From Eubacteriales bacterium (GTDB lineage Bacteria; Bacillota; Clostridia; Oscillospirales; CAG-272): DNA of 64,000 nt. The position numbers and the translations under genes are program-made. Within the stretch, counting starts at the first letter, position 1. Each line of letters opens with the position of its first letter. The notes beneath the pieces were generated by a model. It did not search any database. It was not told where the DNA came from and saw only the letters and a list, made by a program, of their open reading frames with translations. This document shows, piece by piece, positions 20,012 to 30,171 of the stretch. The stretch is from the NCBI GenBank assembly GCA_045656765.1, contig JAZORU010000016.1:52411-116410 (forward strand), given 5' to 3'.

Positions 20012-20893
20012 ATGAAAAATAGAAAGAAAAAAATATTTGAAGGCGTGGCTACGGCGATAGTTACCCCTTTTAAACGGGACAGAATAGACTACTCTTCTTT
20101 TGAAACCCTTATAGAGAGGCAGATTGACGGCGGGGTAGATGCTTTGGTATTTTGCGGAACTACGGGGGAAGCGCCGACACTTACCGAACTTGAAAAAAAG
20201 AACATTCTTTCTTTTGCTAAAGAGACGGTAGGAGGCAGAGTACCCGTAATATTCGGAAGCGGTACCAATTCATATAAAAGCACCATGAGTCTGTCCGAGT
20301 ACGCGGCAAAAGAGGGAGCAGATGCGCTTTTGTGCGTTACGCCTTATTATAACAAGGGCACTCGCGAGGGAATACTTCGCACCTACCGAGACGTATGCTC
20401 ACTCGGTGTTCCCGTCATACTTTATAATATTCCCTCGCGCTCGGGTGTTGACGTTACGGTTGATATGCTCGGTGCACTCTCTGACGAAGAGAACCTTTGT
20501 GCCGTCAAGGAATGTGCGGGGACGCTGAGAATATGCGATGTCTGTAGATATCTTGGGGAGAGCTACAGCGTGTATTCGGGAAACGACGGGGAGCTGTTAC
20601 CATCGCTTGCAGTAGGAGCTTCGGGAATTATCAGCGTGCTATCAAATCTGTATCCCGAAAAGGTGAAGCAGGTCTACAGCTTGTTTAAAGCAGGGAAGTG
20701 TGACGAGTCAAGACGAGAGTTCCACTTGCTTTGCGGTATGTCACGGCTTCTCTTTGAAGAAACGAACCCCGCCCCCCTTAAATACGCTCTTTCCGCACTT
20801 TCTCTGTGCGAAAACTCTCTCAGACTGCCCCTTATGAATATAGACGAAGCTCTTTGCAGAAAAATTGATGCTGAAATGAAGAAAATAGGATAA
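20012..20893 (+). CDS. dapA: 4-hydroxy-tetrahydrodipicolinate synthase
   Basis: GVATAIVTPF...GVDALVFCGTTGEAPTLT...YNIPSRSG; 293 aa. Confidence 0.93.
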   Translation: MKNRKKKIFEGVATAIVTPFKRDRIDYSSFETLIERQIDGGVDALVFCGTTGEAPTLTELEKKNILSFAKETVGGRVPVIFGSGTNSYKSTMSLSEYAAKEGADALLCVTPYYNKGTREGILRTYRDVCSLGVPVILYNIPSRSGVDVTVDMLGALSDEENLCAVKECAGTLRICDVCRYLGESYSVYSGNDGELLPSLAVGASGIISVLSNLYPEKVKQVYSLFKAGKCDESRREFHLLCGMSRLLFEETNPAPLKYALSALSLCENSLRLPLMNIDEALCRKIDAEMKKIG

Positions 20894-20976
20894 TCAGGAT
20901 TTTCCTCTCTTTTATTTTCGTTATATTCTTTACTTTTTTCGCTTTTTATGATAGAATCAATGTATGAGGTGAGGAT

Positions 20977-21903
20977 ATGAAAATTTACAAAAGCGTAGGT
21001 GAAATGATAGGGGGTACACCTATTATGGAGCTATGTAACTTTAATAAAAAAAGAGGACTCGTCGCTCGCATTTTAGCAAAGCTTGAAGCGTTCAATCCTG
21101 CAGGAAGCGCAAAGGACAGAGTTGCTCTTGAAATGATAGAGGATGCAGAGCGGCGCGGACTTTTACACGAAGGCTCGACCATAATCGAGCCGACGAGCGG
21201 AAACACGGGTATAGGGCTTGCATCGATCGGAGCATCACGCGGATACAAGGTCATTCTCACAATGCCGGACACTATGAGCGTTGAGAGACGCCGTCTACTC
21301 TCGGCTTACGGTGCAGAGATAGTACTGACCGAAGGTGCTCTTGGTATGTCGGGCGCCATTGAGAAAGCACGCGAAATTGCAGACATCACCCCAGACAGTT
21401 ATCTTTGCGGTCAGTTTGAAAACATGGAAAATCCCCTCTCCCACTATAAAACGACAGGCCCTGAGATATGGCGGGATACAGAAGGTAGGATAGATATATT
21501 CGTCGCGTGTGTCGGCACGGGCGGAACTATCAGCGGCGTAGGTAAATATTTAAAGGAACAAAACCCTAATATAAAAGTAGTTGCGGCAGAGCCGTCAGGC
21601 TCGCCCGTTCTTTCAGGCGGTACGGCAGGTGCGCATAAAATACAAGGTATCGGTGCGGGATTCGTTCCTGCGGTGCTTGACACGGATATTTACGACGAGG
21701 TAATACGCGTAAGCGATACCGACGCGTACGAAACGGGTAAGGCTATCTCACGCGAGGAAGGAATATTGGTAGGCATTTCGTCAGGTGCGTGCGTTTACGC
21801 AGCTCTTGAGCTTGCCAAAAGAGAAGAAAACAGAGGCAAGACTATCGTCGCGCTTCTTGCTGACACGGGAGAGAGATATCTGTCAACGGGTATGTATGAC
21901 TGA
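20977..21903 (+). CDS. cysK: cysteine synthase A (O-acetylserine sulfhydrylase)
   Basis: [15 protein letters not shown] (PLP lysine), [15 protein letters not shown]; 308 aa. Confidence 0.93.
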   Translation: MKIYKSVGEMIGGTPIMELCNFNKKRGLVARILAKLEAFNPAGSAKDRVALEMIEDAERRGLLHEGSTIIEPTSGNTGIGLASIGASRGYKVILTMPDTMSVERRRLLSAYGAEIVLTEGALGMSGAIEKAREIADITPDSYLCGQFENMENPLSHYKTTGPEIWRDTEGRIDIFVACVGTGGTISGVGKYLKEQNPNIKVVAAEPSGSPVLSGGTAGAHKIQGIGAGFVPAVLDTDIYDEVIRVSDTDAYETGKAISREEGILVGISSGACVYAALELAKREENRGKTIVALLADTGERYLSTGMYD

Positions 21904-21918
21904 AAGGACAAAAGGACT

Positions 21919-22380
21919 ATGAAGAAAATAGCAAGCTTTACGGTAAACCACGATAAACTCAAACAAGGAATGTATATCTCTCGCATAGACGGAGACTGTG
22001 TGACCTACGACATAAGAATGAAGGTGCCAAACGGAGGAGACTATCTTAGTGCTTCAGAGGCTCACACGATAGAGCATCTCTTTGCCACCTATGCAAGAAA
22101 TTCAAAGCATACCGATAGTATCATCTACGTTGGTCCTATGGGATGCCGTACGGGCTTTTATCTTATAGTGCGGGATAGCGTAACGCATACCGAGGCAATA
22201 GAGCTTGTACGGGAGAGCATGGCTTTTATATCGGGCTTTGAAGGTGAGATACCCGGCAACAAGCGCGAGGAGTGCGGAAACTACCTCGACCATGACCTGC
22301 CGTCTGCTAAAAAATCGGCACTTGATATGTTGTCGGTGCTTGACGGTTGGAACGATGATAAACTGAAATATGAAGAATAA
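21919..22380 (+). CDS. luxS: S-ribosylhomocysteine lyase
   Basis: Metal-binding HTIEHLFA motif, 153 aa, FTVNHDKL N-terminus. Confidence 0.93.
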   Translation: MKKIASFTVNHDKLKQGMYISRIDGDCVTYDIRMKVPNGGDYLSASEAHTIEHLFATYARNSKHTDSIIYVGPMGCRTGFYLIVRDSVTHTEAIELVRESMAFISGFEGEIPGNKREECGNYLDHDLPSAKKSALDMLSVLDGWNDDKLKYEE

Positions 22381-22411
22381 AAAAAGCAACGCGGAAGCGT
22401 TGCTTTTTTTA
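22381..22411. terminator. bidirectional terminator between luxS and the convergent ABC exporter
   Basis: AAAAAAGCAACGC-GGAA-GCGTTGCTTTTTTT. Confidence 0.85.
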
Positions 22412-24145
22412 TCTGTTTTTCGTCTGTATTCTGTCCATTTCGGCGTAAATACCGCCGAGAGCCACAAGCTCGTCATGCCGTCCGCACTCAACTATTCTGC
22501 CTTCCGAGAGAACGAGTATCATATCGGCGTTGCGTATAGTTGAAAGACGGTGGGCTATCGCAAATATCGTGTGCTTTCCGCTTATTGCATTTATAGCCTT
22601 TTGTATCTCCATCTCAGTTGCTACGTCAACGCTTGCGGTTGCTTCGTCAAGTATTATTATCGGGGATTTTCTCAGTATTGCACGGGCAATAGCAACCCTT
22701 TGCTTCTGACCGCCCGAGAGACGAAGTCCACGCTCTCCTACGATGGTTTTATAGCCTTTTGGCATTGCCAGGATGTCAGAGTGAATATTTGCCGCCACGG
22801 CTGCTTCAACAATCTCCTCGTGCGTTGCATCAGGCTTTGCGTAAGAGATGTTTTCTTCTATCGTGCCGTTAAAAAGGAAAGTGTCCTGAAGCACGGGCGA
22901 AATATTCTTTCTGAGACTGTCTATTGTTGCATCTTTGATATCTACACCGTCTATCAGTATTCTGCCTTCGGTTGCATCGTAAAATCGTGATATGAGCTGC
23001 GTCAGCGTCGTTTTTCCGACTCCCGTCGGTCCTACAAGTGCTACTGTCATGCCCGCTTTTGCTTTAAATGATACGTCGTGAAGCACCTCGTCTGTCTCGG
23101 GGGAGTATCTGAAGCTTACGTGCTCAAACTCAACCTCGCCTGCAATATCCGTAAGCTCTGTTGCGTTTTCTTTTTCCTTTATCTTTGACTCGGTGTCGAT
23201 TATTCCCATAACACGCTCAGCACTCGCTATTGCTTGTCCAAGGTTTTCAAGCATCGTGGCAAGACTCGATATAGGTGCGTAGAAGAGACTGAGGTATAAA
23301 ACGAAGCTTAAAACGTCCTCGACGCTCAGACTTTCCGAAACGGCAAGAAGCCCGCCGAAGCCTATGACGAGAACCGTTCCGACGGCTGAGATAAATTCTA
23401 TTCCGGGGTGGAAAAGGGCGCTCTTTTTAAGGGCACCGAGCACCATATCTATGTGCGATTGACTGATTTCTGCTACGTTGTTTTCCTCGTATCCGTATCT
23501 TCCAAACGACTGAATCTCGTGTATTCCCGAGAGGTTGTCCTGAATCTTTCCCGAAAGCTCACCCTGCTTTTTGTGCGCTTCGCGAAATAGCGGGCGTATC
23601 TTCTTTGAAAAGAACATGCTGAGCAAAAGTATCAGCGGTATGGGAGCACATGTGATAAGCGCAAGCTTTGCGTTTATGGAGATAAGGATGGCAAGAACTC
23701 CTGCAAACGTGACGACGTTAGTTATAATGTCGGGGATTATGTGAGCGTAAAGAAGCTCAAAATCTCTTGTGTCAGCAACTATACGGCTCAGTATATCACC
23801 TGTTTGCTTATCATGAAAATAGGAAAGGTCAAGTGATTGTACCTTGTTGTATGTCTTGCACCTTACCTCGCCCACAAGATTGTGCGCCGCCTTGTGCGAG
23901 AGATAGTTTGAAGTAAATCTGAACAACACTCTCAAAAGATACAGGCTTAGAAGCATAAATGCAAGAGTGATAATTTTTGACAACGTCTCTGCGTTTGCCA
24001 TATCGCCTATTAGAGAGGTTGCGTGCGATAATATCCTCGGTGCCGTCAGATTTATAGCCGTCAGCGCGAAGGTTGACAGTATCGCAAGTATGTAAAGACC
24101 TTTGTATTTTGCGGCTTCCTTAGATAGCCTCAGTATAATTTTCAT
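22409..24145 (-). CDS. ABC transporter, fused permease/ATPase (MsbA/multidrug-exporter type)
   Basis: 578 aa. 6-TM N-terminal domain, Walker [10 protein letters not shown], signature LSGGQKQRVAIARA, Walker B IIILDEATS. Confidence 0.9.
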   Translation of the reverse strand: MKIILRLSKEAAKYKGLYILAILSTFALTAINLTAPRILSHATSLIGDMANAETLSKIITLAFMLLSLYLLRVLFRFTSNYLSHKAAHNLVGEVRCKTYNKVQSLDLSYFHDKQTGDILSRIVADTRDFELLYAHIIPDIITNVVTFAGVLAILISINAKLALITCAPIPLILLLSMFFSKKIRPLFREAHKKQGELSGKIQDNLSGIHEIQSFGRYGYEENNVAEISQSHIDMVLGALKKSALFHPGIEFISAVGTVLVIGFGGLLAVSESLSVEDVLSFVLYLSLFYAPISSLATMLENLGQAIASAERVMGIIDTESKIKEKENATELTDIAGEVEFEHVSFRYSPETDEVLHDVSFKAKAGMTVALVGPTGVGKTTLTQLISRFYDATEGRILIDGVDIKDATIDSLRKNISPVLQDTFLFNGTIEENISYAKPDATHEEIVEAAVAANIHSDILAMPKGYKTIVGERGLRLSGGQKQRVAIARAILRKSPIIILDEATASVDVATEMEIQKAINAISGKHTIFAIAHRLSTIRNADMILVLSEGRIVECGRHDELVALGGIYAEMDRIQTKNR

Positions 24146-24224
24146 TATTAATTAACCTGCTTTTTAATATTCTTAATAGGGCACAAACGGGAAAGCTCAT
24201 TCTATGAGCCTTCCCGTTAAAACG

Positions 24225-25523
24225 CTAATCCTTCTTTTTTATTATAACGGGCTCAGACTCACCAAGCACACACTTTTCCGTAATTACTACCTTCTCAACG
24301 TCAGAGAGGGAAGGCAGATCATACATTACGGGAAGCATGATAGCTTCGGTAATAGAACGAAGTCCGCGCGCTCCCGTCTTTTTCTTGATAGCTTCCTTCG
24401 CTATTGCACGGCAAGCGTCGTCTTCAAATTCAAGCTCGGCTCCATCCATGGAAATAAGCTTCTTGTACTGCTTTACAAGAGAGTTTTTCGGCTTTTGAAG
24501 TATGCTTACAAGTGCTTCCTCATCAAGCGCGTCAAGGCTGACGATTACGGGGATTCTTCCCACAAGCTCGGGAATAAGTCCGTATTTCGCTATATCGTGC
24601 GAGGTTGCGTTTGCGTATATTCTGTCTTCGTCAGCTTTTTTTGATTTTACAGTGCCGTTGAAGCCTATAGAAGACTTATCCGTGCGGGATCTGATTATCT
24701 TGTCAAGCCCGTCGAAAGCACCGCCGCAGATAAAGAGGATGTTTTCCGTGTTTATCTGAATAAAATCTTGGTTCGGGTGCTTGCGTCCGCCCTGCGGAGG
24801 TACGTTTGATACAGTACCTTCAAGAATCTTCAGTAAAGCCTGCTGAACACCCTCGCCGGATACGTCACGGGTGATAGAGCGATTCTCACCCTTACGGGAT
24901 ATCTTGTCTATCTCGTCAATGTAGATTATGCCTTTTTCAGCTTGCTCTACGTTAAAGTCCGCCGCTTGAATAAGGCGCAGAAGTATATTCTCCACGTCCT
25001 CACCGACGTAGCCCGCCTCAGTCAGAGTTGTTGCGTCAGCTATAGCAAAGGGCACGTTCAGAGTCTTTGCAAGAGTTTGCGCAAGATAGGTCTTACCTAC
25101 GCCCGTAGGACCGAGAAGCAGGACGTTGCTCTTCTGGATATCTATATCTTCCTCGGCGGATGCATCTTCGCTTCCTTTTTTCTTTTTGGAGAGCTTTTCC
25201 TCGCGGTAAAGTATTCTCTTGTAGTGATTATACACGGCAACCGACAAAACGCGCTTGGCATCGTCCTGTCCGATTACGTACTCGTCAAGCTTGGATTTAA
25301 GCTCTTGGGGTTTGGGTAGAGTGTCAAAGGATAGCTTGAACTCTTCGCTCTCGCCCACAGCTTCCGCGGGCATATAATCGTCAAGTATCTGCGTGCAAAC
25401 CTCAACGCAGTCGTTGCATATAAACACACCCTCAGGGGAGGGAATAAGAAGCTCTACTTCGCCCTCGCCTCTGCCGCAAAAAGAGCAGTGGTGCTGGATG
25501 CTTTTGTTGTTATTATCAGCCAA
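24225..25523 (-). CDS. clpX: ATP-dependent Clp protease ATP-binding subunit ClpX
   Basis: N-terminal zinc finger CSFCGR...CNDC, Walker [21 protein letters not shown]. Follows clpP. Confidence 0.96.
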   Translation of the reverse strand: MADNNNKSIQHHCSFCGRGEGEVELLIPSPEGVFICNDCVEVCTQILDDYMPAEAVGESEEFKLSFDTLPKPQELKSKLDEYVIGQDDAKRVLSVAVYNHYKRILYREEKLSKKKKGSEDASAEEDIDIQKSNVLLLGPTGVGKTYLAQTLAKTLNVPFAIADATTLTEAGYVGEDVENILLRLIQAADFNVEQAEKGIIYIDEIDKISRKGENRSITRDVSGEGVQQALLKILEGTVSNVPPQGGRKHPNQDFIQINTENILFICGGAFDGLDKIIRSRTDKSSIGFNGTVKSKKADEDRIYANATSHDIAKYGLIPELVGRIPVIVSLDALDEEALVSILQKPKNSLVKQYKKLISMDGAELEFEDDACRAIAKEAIKKKTGARGLRSITEAIMLPVMYDLPSLSDVEKVVITEKCVLGESEPVIIKKKD

Positions 25524-25561
25524 AACAGTTTCCTCTCAAAACAATTAATAGGTCACTCGGT

Positions 25562-26146
25562 TTAGGGACGGCGCTCTATCACGCGGTCGATAAGTCCGTA
25601 TTCAAGAGCCGCCTGTGCGCTCATAAAGTTGTCTCTGTCGGTATCGCGCTCAATAACTTCAAGAGGCTTTCCCGTGTTCTCTGCAAGAATTCTGTTAAGG
25701 GTGTCCTTCGTGCGAAGGATGTGGTCTGCATGGATCTTTATATCCGATGCCTGACCCTTCATACCGCCAAGCGGCTGGTGTATCATTATCTCACTGTTCG
25801 GAAGAGCCATTCTCTTACCCTTCGTGCCTGCAGAGAGAAGAAACGCTCCCATGCTTGCCGCCATACCGATACATATGGTCGATACGTCGCATTTTATAAA
25901 CTTCATTGTGTCGTATATAGCCATTCCTGCCGTAACGGAGCCGCCGGGGGAATTGATGTAAAAGGATATGTCCTTTTCAGCATCCTCGGCTTCAAGGAAA
26001 AGCATCTGTGCAACTACGAGCGATGCCGTTGCATCGTTTACCTCATCGGCAAGAAATATGATTCTGTCCTTGAGAAGTCTTGAATAAATATCAAACGAGC
26101 GCTCGCCTCTGTTAGTTTGCTCGATTACCATTGGTACAAGTGGCAT
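25562..26146 (-). CDS. clpP: ATP-dependent Clp protease proteolytic subunit
   Basis: [26 protein letters not shown], active-site context [20 protein letters not shown]. Confidence 0.96.
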   Translation of the reverse strand: MPLVPMVIEQTNRGERSFDIYSRLLKDRIIFLADEVNDATASLVVAQMLFLEAEDAEKDISFYINSPGGSVTAGMAIYDTMKFIKCDVSTICIGMAASMGAFLLSAGTKGKRMALPNSEIMIHQPLGGMKGQASDIKIHADHILRTKDTLNRILAENTGKPLEVIERDTDRDNFMSAQAALEYGLIDRVIERRP

Positions 26147-26234
26147 TTCAGTTCACCTCGCCCATCGGGCGTCCTTTCGGTATAGTAATTTTAATACAGG
26201 GCTGGTAATATGTGTTACCAGCCCCGTTGTATTT

Positions 26235-27755
26235 TTACTCAGCCTTGTCGGAGTCAGCCGCTTTCTTTGTAGTCTTTTTCGCGGTTGTCTTCTTTGCAGC
26301 AGTCTCGCCCTCAGCCTTAGCTGCAGGCTTTTTTGCCGCAGTTGTCTTCTTGGCTGTGGTTGTTGTCTTCTTTGCAGTTGTGCTTGCCTTCTTTGCAGCA
26401 GGCTTTTCTTCAGCGGTCTCAGCATCGGCAGCCTTTGCAGCAGGCTTCTTTGCAGCGGCCTTCTTTGCAGGCTTCTGTCCCTTGATTATTGCCTTTTCCT
26501 TTACGAAATCCATAGCCTTGCGAACGATTATATCCTTAGCTACGCCCTCGCTGTCAACGATAGCCTTAACCTTGTCAGCTTCAAGACCGTATGCCTTTGC
26601 GATATCAGCGTATTCAGCCTCAATTTCTTCCTCAGAAGCGCTAAATCCTTCGAGCTGAGAAATCTTTTCAAGAGCAAGTCTGCTCTTTACCTGCTTTTCA
26701 GCCATGGGAAGCATAGACTCGCGGAGTCCTTCAAGCGTCTGGCCTGTGTACTTGAAGTAGGTAGCGAGATCCATTCCCTGTGAGCGAAGTCTGTTGTCGT
26801 AGTCGCGAACGAAGTTTTCAGCCTCAGCCTCTATCATCGGGGCAGGGATGTCACCCTCGAGCTTTTCTATAAGCATGCCGAGAAGCTTCTCTTCAACTGC
26901 GTTATCCTCAGCCTTAGTCTTTCTCTCAGCTATTTTAGCCTTAATATCAGCTTTGTATTCAGCAAGTGTATCAAATTCTGATACGTCCTTTGCAAACTCG
27001 TCATCAAGCTCGGGAAGCTCTATTTTCTTGAGTGCGTTAAGCTTGCACTTGAAAACTGCCGCCTTGCCTGCAAGCTCGCTTGCATGGTAGTCTTCGGGGA
27101 AGCTTACGTTTACGTCAAAGCTCTCGCCGATGCTTTTTCCTACTATCTGCTCCTCAAAGCCGGGGATAAACTGACCCGAGCCGAGAGTAAGGTCATAGCC
27201 TTCAGACTTGCCGCCGTCAAAAGCAACACCGTCAACGTAACCGTCAAAGTCGATGTTTGCAACGTCCCCCGACTCAGCTGCTCTGTCCTCAACGTCTATA
27301 GTTCTTGAGTTGCGCTCGCGGATATGACCAAGCTCATGCTCAACCTCGTCGTCGGTTGCCTCTGTGCTTGCTCTCTCAACCTCAAGTCCTGCGTAACCTT
27401 CGATGGATACCTCGGGCTTGGTGTATACGGTTGCCTTCATCATAACGCCTGTGTCGTCTATTGTAACGATATCGAACTCAGGACGGCTTACAACCTCAAG
27501 TCCGCTTTCCTTTTCAGCCGCAGTATATGCATCAGGGATGAGGTCGTTTATAGCGTCCTCATAGAAGATTCCCTTGCCGTACATTTTCTCAATGATAGCC
27601 TTGGGAGCTTTGCCCTTTCTGAAGCCGGGAACGTTGAGGTTCTTTACCTGCTTGCGATAAACGCGTTCTACTGCCGCGTCAAACGCGTCCTTTTCGAGAA
27701 GAAATTCAATTTCGTAGAGATTGTTGTCTTTCTTTTCAACTTTTTTGAAACCCAT
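26235..27755 (-). CDS. tig: trigger factor (ribosome-associated PPIase chaperone) with an 80-aa basic low-complexity C-terminal tail
   Basis: GFRKGKAP ribosome-binding signature, FKBP-type middle domain. ATG 27755 is preceded by GGAGGAAAG. The last 80 aa are Lys/Ala/Thr-rich. Confidence 0.93.
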   Translation of the reverse strand: MGFKKVEKKDNNLYEIEFLLEKDAFDAAVERVYRKQVKNLNVPGFRKGKAPKAIIEKMYGKGIFYEDAINDLIPDAYTAAEKESGLEVVSRPEFDIVTIDDTGVMMKATVYTKPEVSIEGYAGLEVERASTEATDDEVEHELGHIRERNSRTIDVEDRAAESGDVANIDFDGYVDGVAFDGGKSEGYDLTLGSGQFIPGFEEQIVGKSIGESFDVNVSFPEDYHASELAGKAAVFKCKLNALKKIELPELDDEFAKDVSEFDTLAEYKADIKAKIAERKTKAEDNAVEEKLLGMLIEKLEGDIPAPMIEAEAENFVRDYDNRLRSQGMDLATYFKYTGQTLEGLRESMLPMAEKQVKSRLALEKISQLEGFSASEEEIEAEYADIAKAYGLEADKVKAIVDSEGVAKDIIVRKAMDFVKEKAIIKGQKPAKKAAAKKPAAKAADAETAEEKPAAKKASTTAKKTTTTAKKTTAAKKPAAKAEGETAAKKTTAKKTTKKAADSDKAE

Positions 27756-27800
27756 TTTTTTCTTTCCTCCAAATGAATAACTCATTTTACATACTTATAT

Positions 27801-27829
27801 ATTTTACATCTTTGTAGTATTTTTGTCAA
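27801..27829 (-). promoter_or_regulatory. sigma-A type promoter of tig
   Basis: Minus strand: TTGACA (27829-27824), 17 nt, TAAAAT (27806-27801). Confidence 0.6.
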
Positions 27830-27886
27830 TAATAAAGCGGAATTTTTTGCCGTTTTATTGCGTATTTTTTTCTATTTCGCGCTCTT

Positions 27887-28609
27887 TTATTTCAAAAACA
27901 CCCTTTTGGGAGTAAAGTTTATAAAATCAGCCGAAATAAGCTCGAAATTTATACCTCGGTAGTCAACAGAGGCGGGGCAGTTATATACACCGTGAATATG
28001 ACCGAAATAGCACTTTTTAACCCCGTATTCGCAAAGCACGTCGATAAGCTCTTCAAATGCAAATTCATTCCATACGGGCGGGAAGTGCGTAAAAGCAACT
28101 ATATCGAGCCCCTCTCCCGCATCAAGCTCTTTCGCCTTTTCAAGAGAACGTCTGAGCCTTCCGCACTCTCTTGCGGCTATCTTTTCATAGTCGCAGGGTC
28201 TGGGGGCTGAGCTTGATTCGTTATACCAACCGCGAGTGCCCACGATAAGTATGCCGTCAGCCTTGTGTGCGTTGTTATATAGAAGGGAAATAGTGTTTAT
28301 TTTGTTATCGCGGAAAAATCCGTCGATTTTGTTTTGAGTTGACCACCAAAAGTCATGGTTGCCCTTGCCGATTATTTTTTTGCCCGGAAGCGAGTCAATA
28401 AAGCGGAAATCGTCAATCGATTCTTCAAGCTTCAGAGCCCACGAGATATCTCCGGGAATTATTACCGTGTCGCACTCCTCAACGAGAGCCGACCAGTGCT
28501 TTTCTATTTTTTTTGAATGCTCCGCCCATCTCGCACCGAAAACCTCCATGGGCTTGTCGGTTGATTCTCCGAGAGAGAGGTGCAGGTCAGCTATCGTATA
28601 AAGTGCCAT
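27887..28609 (-). CDS. calcineurin-like metallophosphoesterase
   Basis: Motifs YTIADLHL, IIPGDIS, GKGNHDFWW, FTHFPP, FGHIHG; 240 aa. Confidence 0.85.
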   Translation of the reverse strand: MALYTIADLHLSLGESTDKPMEVFGARWAEHSKKIEKHWSALVEECDTVIIPGDISWALKLEESIDDFRFIDSLPGKKIIGKGNHDFWWSTQNKIDGFFRDNKINTISLLYNNAHKADGILIVGTRGWYNESSSAPRPCDYEKIAARECGRLRRSLEKAKELDAGEGLDIVAFTHFPPVWNEFAFEELIDVLCEYGVKKCYFGHIHGVYNCPASVDYRGINFELISADFINFTPKRVFLK

Positions 28610-28640
28610 ACAATCCTCGGTGTTATATTGTTTTTACGTT

Positions 28641-30128
28641 TTATTTTTTTGCAAATTCCTTTACCCGCTCGGGCATTTCATCCGTTGCACTGACTCCGCC
28701 GAAGCGTACCGTGCGCTCGCCTATCTTTGCTAAGGGTGCGGGAATTTCGGTGCTTGTGAGAGCAGAGAGCATCTCAAGAGAAGCAAGATCCTCGGGCTTT
28801 TCTCCCGTGAGTGATGCGTATACGTCGGACGCAAACTTATACGGACTAGCGGTTGATGCAACGAGCATCGGAACCTTATCCTCTACACCCGCGAGATACT
28901 GCTCTGCACAGTTAAATCCTACCGCCGTGTGAGTATCCATAAGATAGCCTTCGCTCTCGAAAATGCGCTTAATAGTAGACTTGGTCTCCTCCTCAGAGCA
29001 GAAATAGCCGGAGAATTCAGTCTGAAGCTTCGAGAGAGTACCCTCGTCTACCGTATACTTTCCTTCGTCGCGAAGCTCTTTCATCCAGCCGTCAGTAGCA
29101 TCGTCCCCTGCAAGCAAGTAGAGAAGGCGCTCAAGGTTTGAGGATATAAGAATATCCATGGACGGAGAGATTGAAAGCATAAACTCACGTGACTTGTCAT
29201 AAACACCGGTGTTTATAAAGTCGGTGAGAATGTTGTTCTGGTTTGAAGCACATACGAAACGTCGGAAGGGCATGCCCATAAGCTTTGCCATGTACGCGGC
29301 GAGTATGTTTCCGAAGTTGCCCGTCGGAACGGTTATATCAATTTGGTCTCCTGACTTTATAGCACCCGTTTTTACAAGGTCGCAGTAAGCGGAGACGTAG
29401 TAAACTATCTGGGGTGCGAGTCTGCCGAAGTTTATTGAGTTAGCACTTGAAAGAATACATCCGTCCTCTGCCATTATACGAGCAAAATCACCGTCAACGA
29501 ACATCTTTTTAACGCCCGTCTGTGCATCGTCGAAGTTGCCGTCAATGGGGCAAACGCATACGTTTGAGCCTTCCTGAGTTACCATCTGAAGCTCTTGAAC
29601 GCGGCTGACACCGTTTTGGGGGTAGAACACAATAATCTTTATACCGTCAACGTCGCGGTAGCCTTCGAGCGCGGCTTTTCCCGTGTCTCCCGAGGTTGCA
29701 ACCAAAATAAGCGCGGTGTTCTTCTCGTCGGTCTTTTTAAGAGCTCTTGAAAGAAGTCTCGGCATTATCTGAAGCGCCATATCCTTGAAAGCGCAGGTAG
29801 GACCGTGCCAGAGCTCAAGCGAGTATACGTTGTCCTTTACGTGAACAACGGGAGCAGCACCGCCGGGGAAACGGGTTTCCGCGTATGCCGCCTTTGCATC
29901 CTCGAGAAGCTCATCGTAGGTGTAGTCGGTGAGATACTTCGAGAGAATATGAGCCGCTCTTTCAGGATAGCTCATCTCTGCGATCTTTTCAAGCTCACCG
30001 TCTGCGAGCGCAGGAATTTCGGTAGGCATAAAAAGTCCGCCGTTTGATGAAAGTCCCTGCTTGATAGCTTGTGCAGCGCTTACGCACTCAAAGCTTTTGT
30101 TTGCATTTCTTGTGCTGATGAAGTCCAT
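28641..30128 (-). CDS. thrC: threonine synthase
   Basis: MDFISTRN..., PLP-lysine context GPTCAFKDMALQ, TSGDTGKAA. ATG 30128 is preferred over the ORF-track start at 30185. Confidence 0.92.
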   Translation of the reverse strand: MDFISTRNANKSFECVSAAQAIKQGLSSNGGLFMPTEIPALADGELEKIAEMSYPERAAHILSKYLTDYTYDELLEDAKAAYAETRFPGGAAPVVHVKDNVYSLELWHGPTCAFKDMALQIMPRLLSRALKKTDEKNTALILVATSGDTGKAALEGYRDVDGIKIIVFYPQNGVSRVQELQMVTQEGSNVCVCPIDGNFDDAQTGVKKMFVDGDFARIMAEDGCILSSANSINFGRLAPQIVYYVSAYCDLVKTGAIKSGDQIDITVPTGNFGNILAAYMAKLMGMPFRRFVCASNQNNILTDFINTGVYDKSREFMLSISPSMDILISSNLERLLYLLAGDDATDGWMKELRDEGKYTVDEGTLSKLQTEFSGYFCSEEETKSTIKRIFESEGYLMDTHTAVGFNCAEQYLAGVEDKVPMLVASTASPYKFASDVYASLTGEKPEDLASLEMLSALTSTEIPAPLAKIGERTVRFGGVSATDEMPERVKEFAKK

Positions 30129-30171
30129 TTTTTGTTTTCCTTTTTTATTTATGTTAATTTTTTTATCAAAG

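Noticed and set aside
24187-24217. Hairpins after clpX (24187-24217) and after tig (26196-26227) considered as terminators
   Set aside because: The stems are good (14 bp with one mismatch, and 13 bp), but the downstream tracts on the minus strand are weak (TTGTGCC, ATTAAAATT). I did not list them as confident terminators. They may be partial terminators or processing sites.
26153-26658. Two low-complexity ORFs (90 aa minus strand, 148 aa plus strand) rich in A/F/V or R/Q/L
   Set aside because: They are alternative-frame readings of the repetitive GCAGC/AAGAA DNA that encodes the trigger-factor basic tail. They are artefacts of low complexity.
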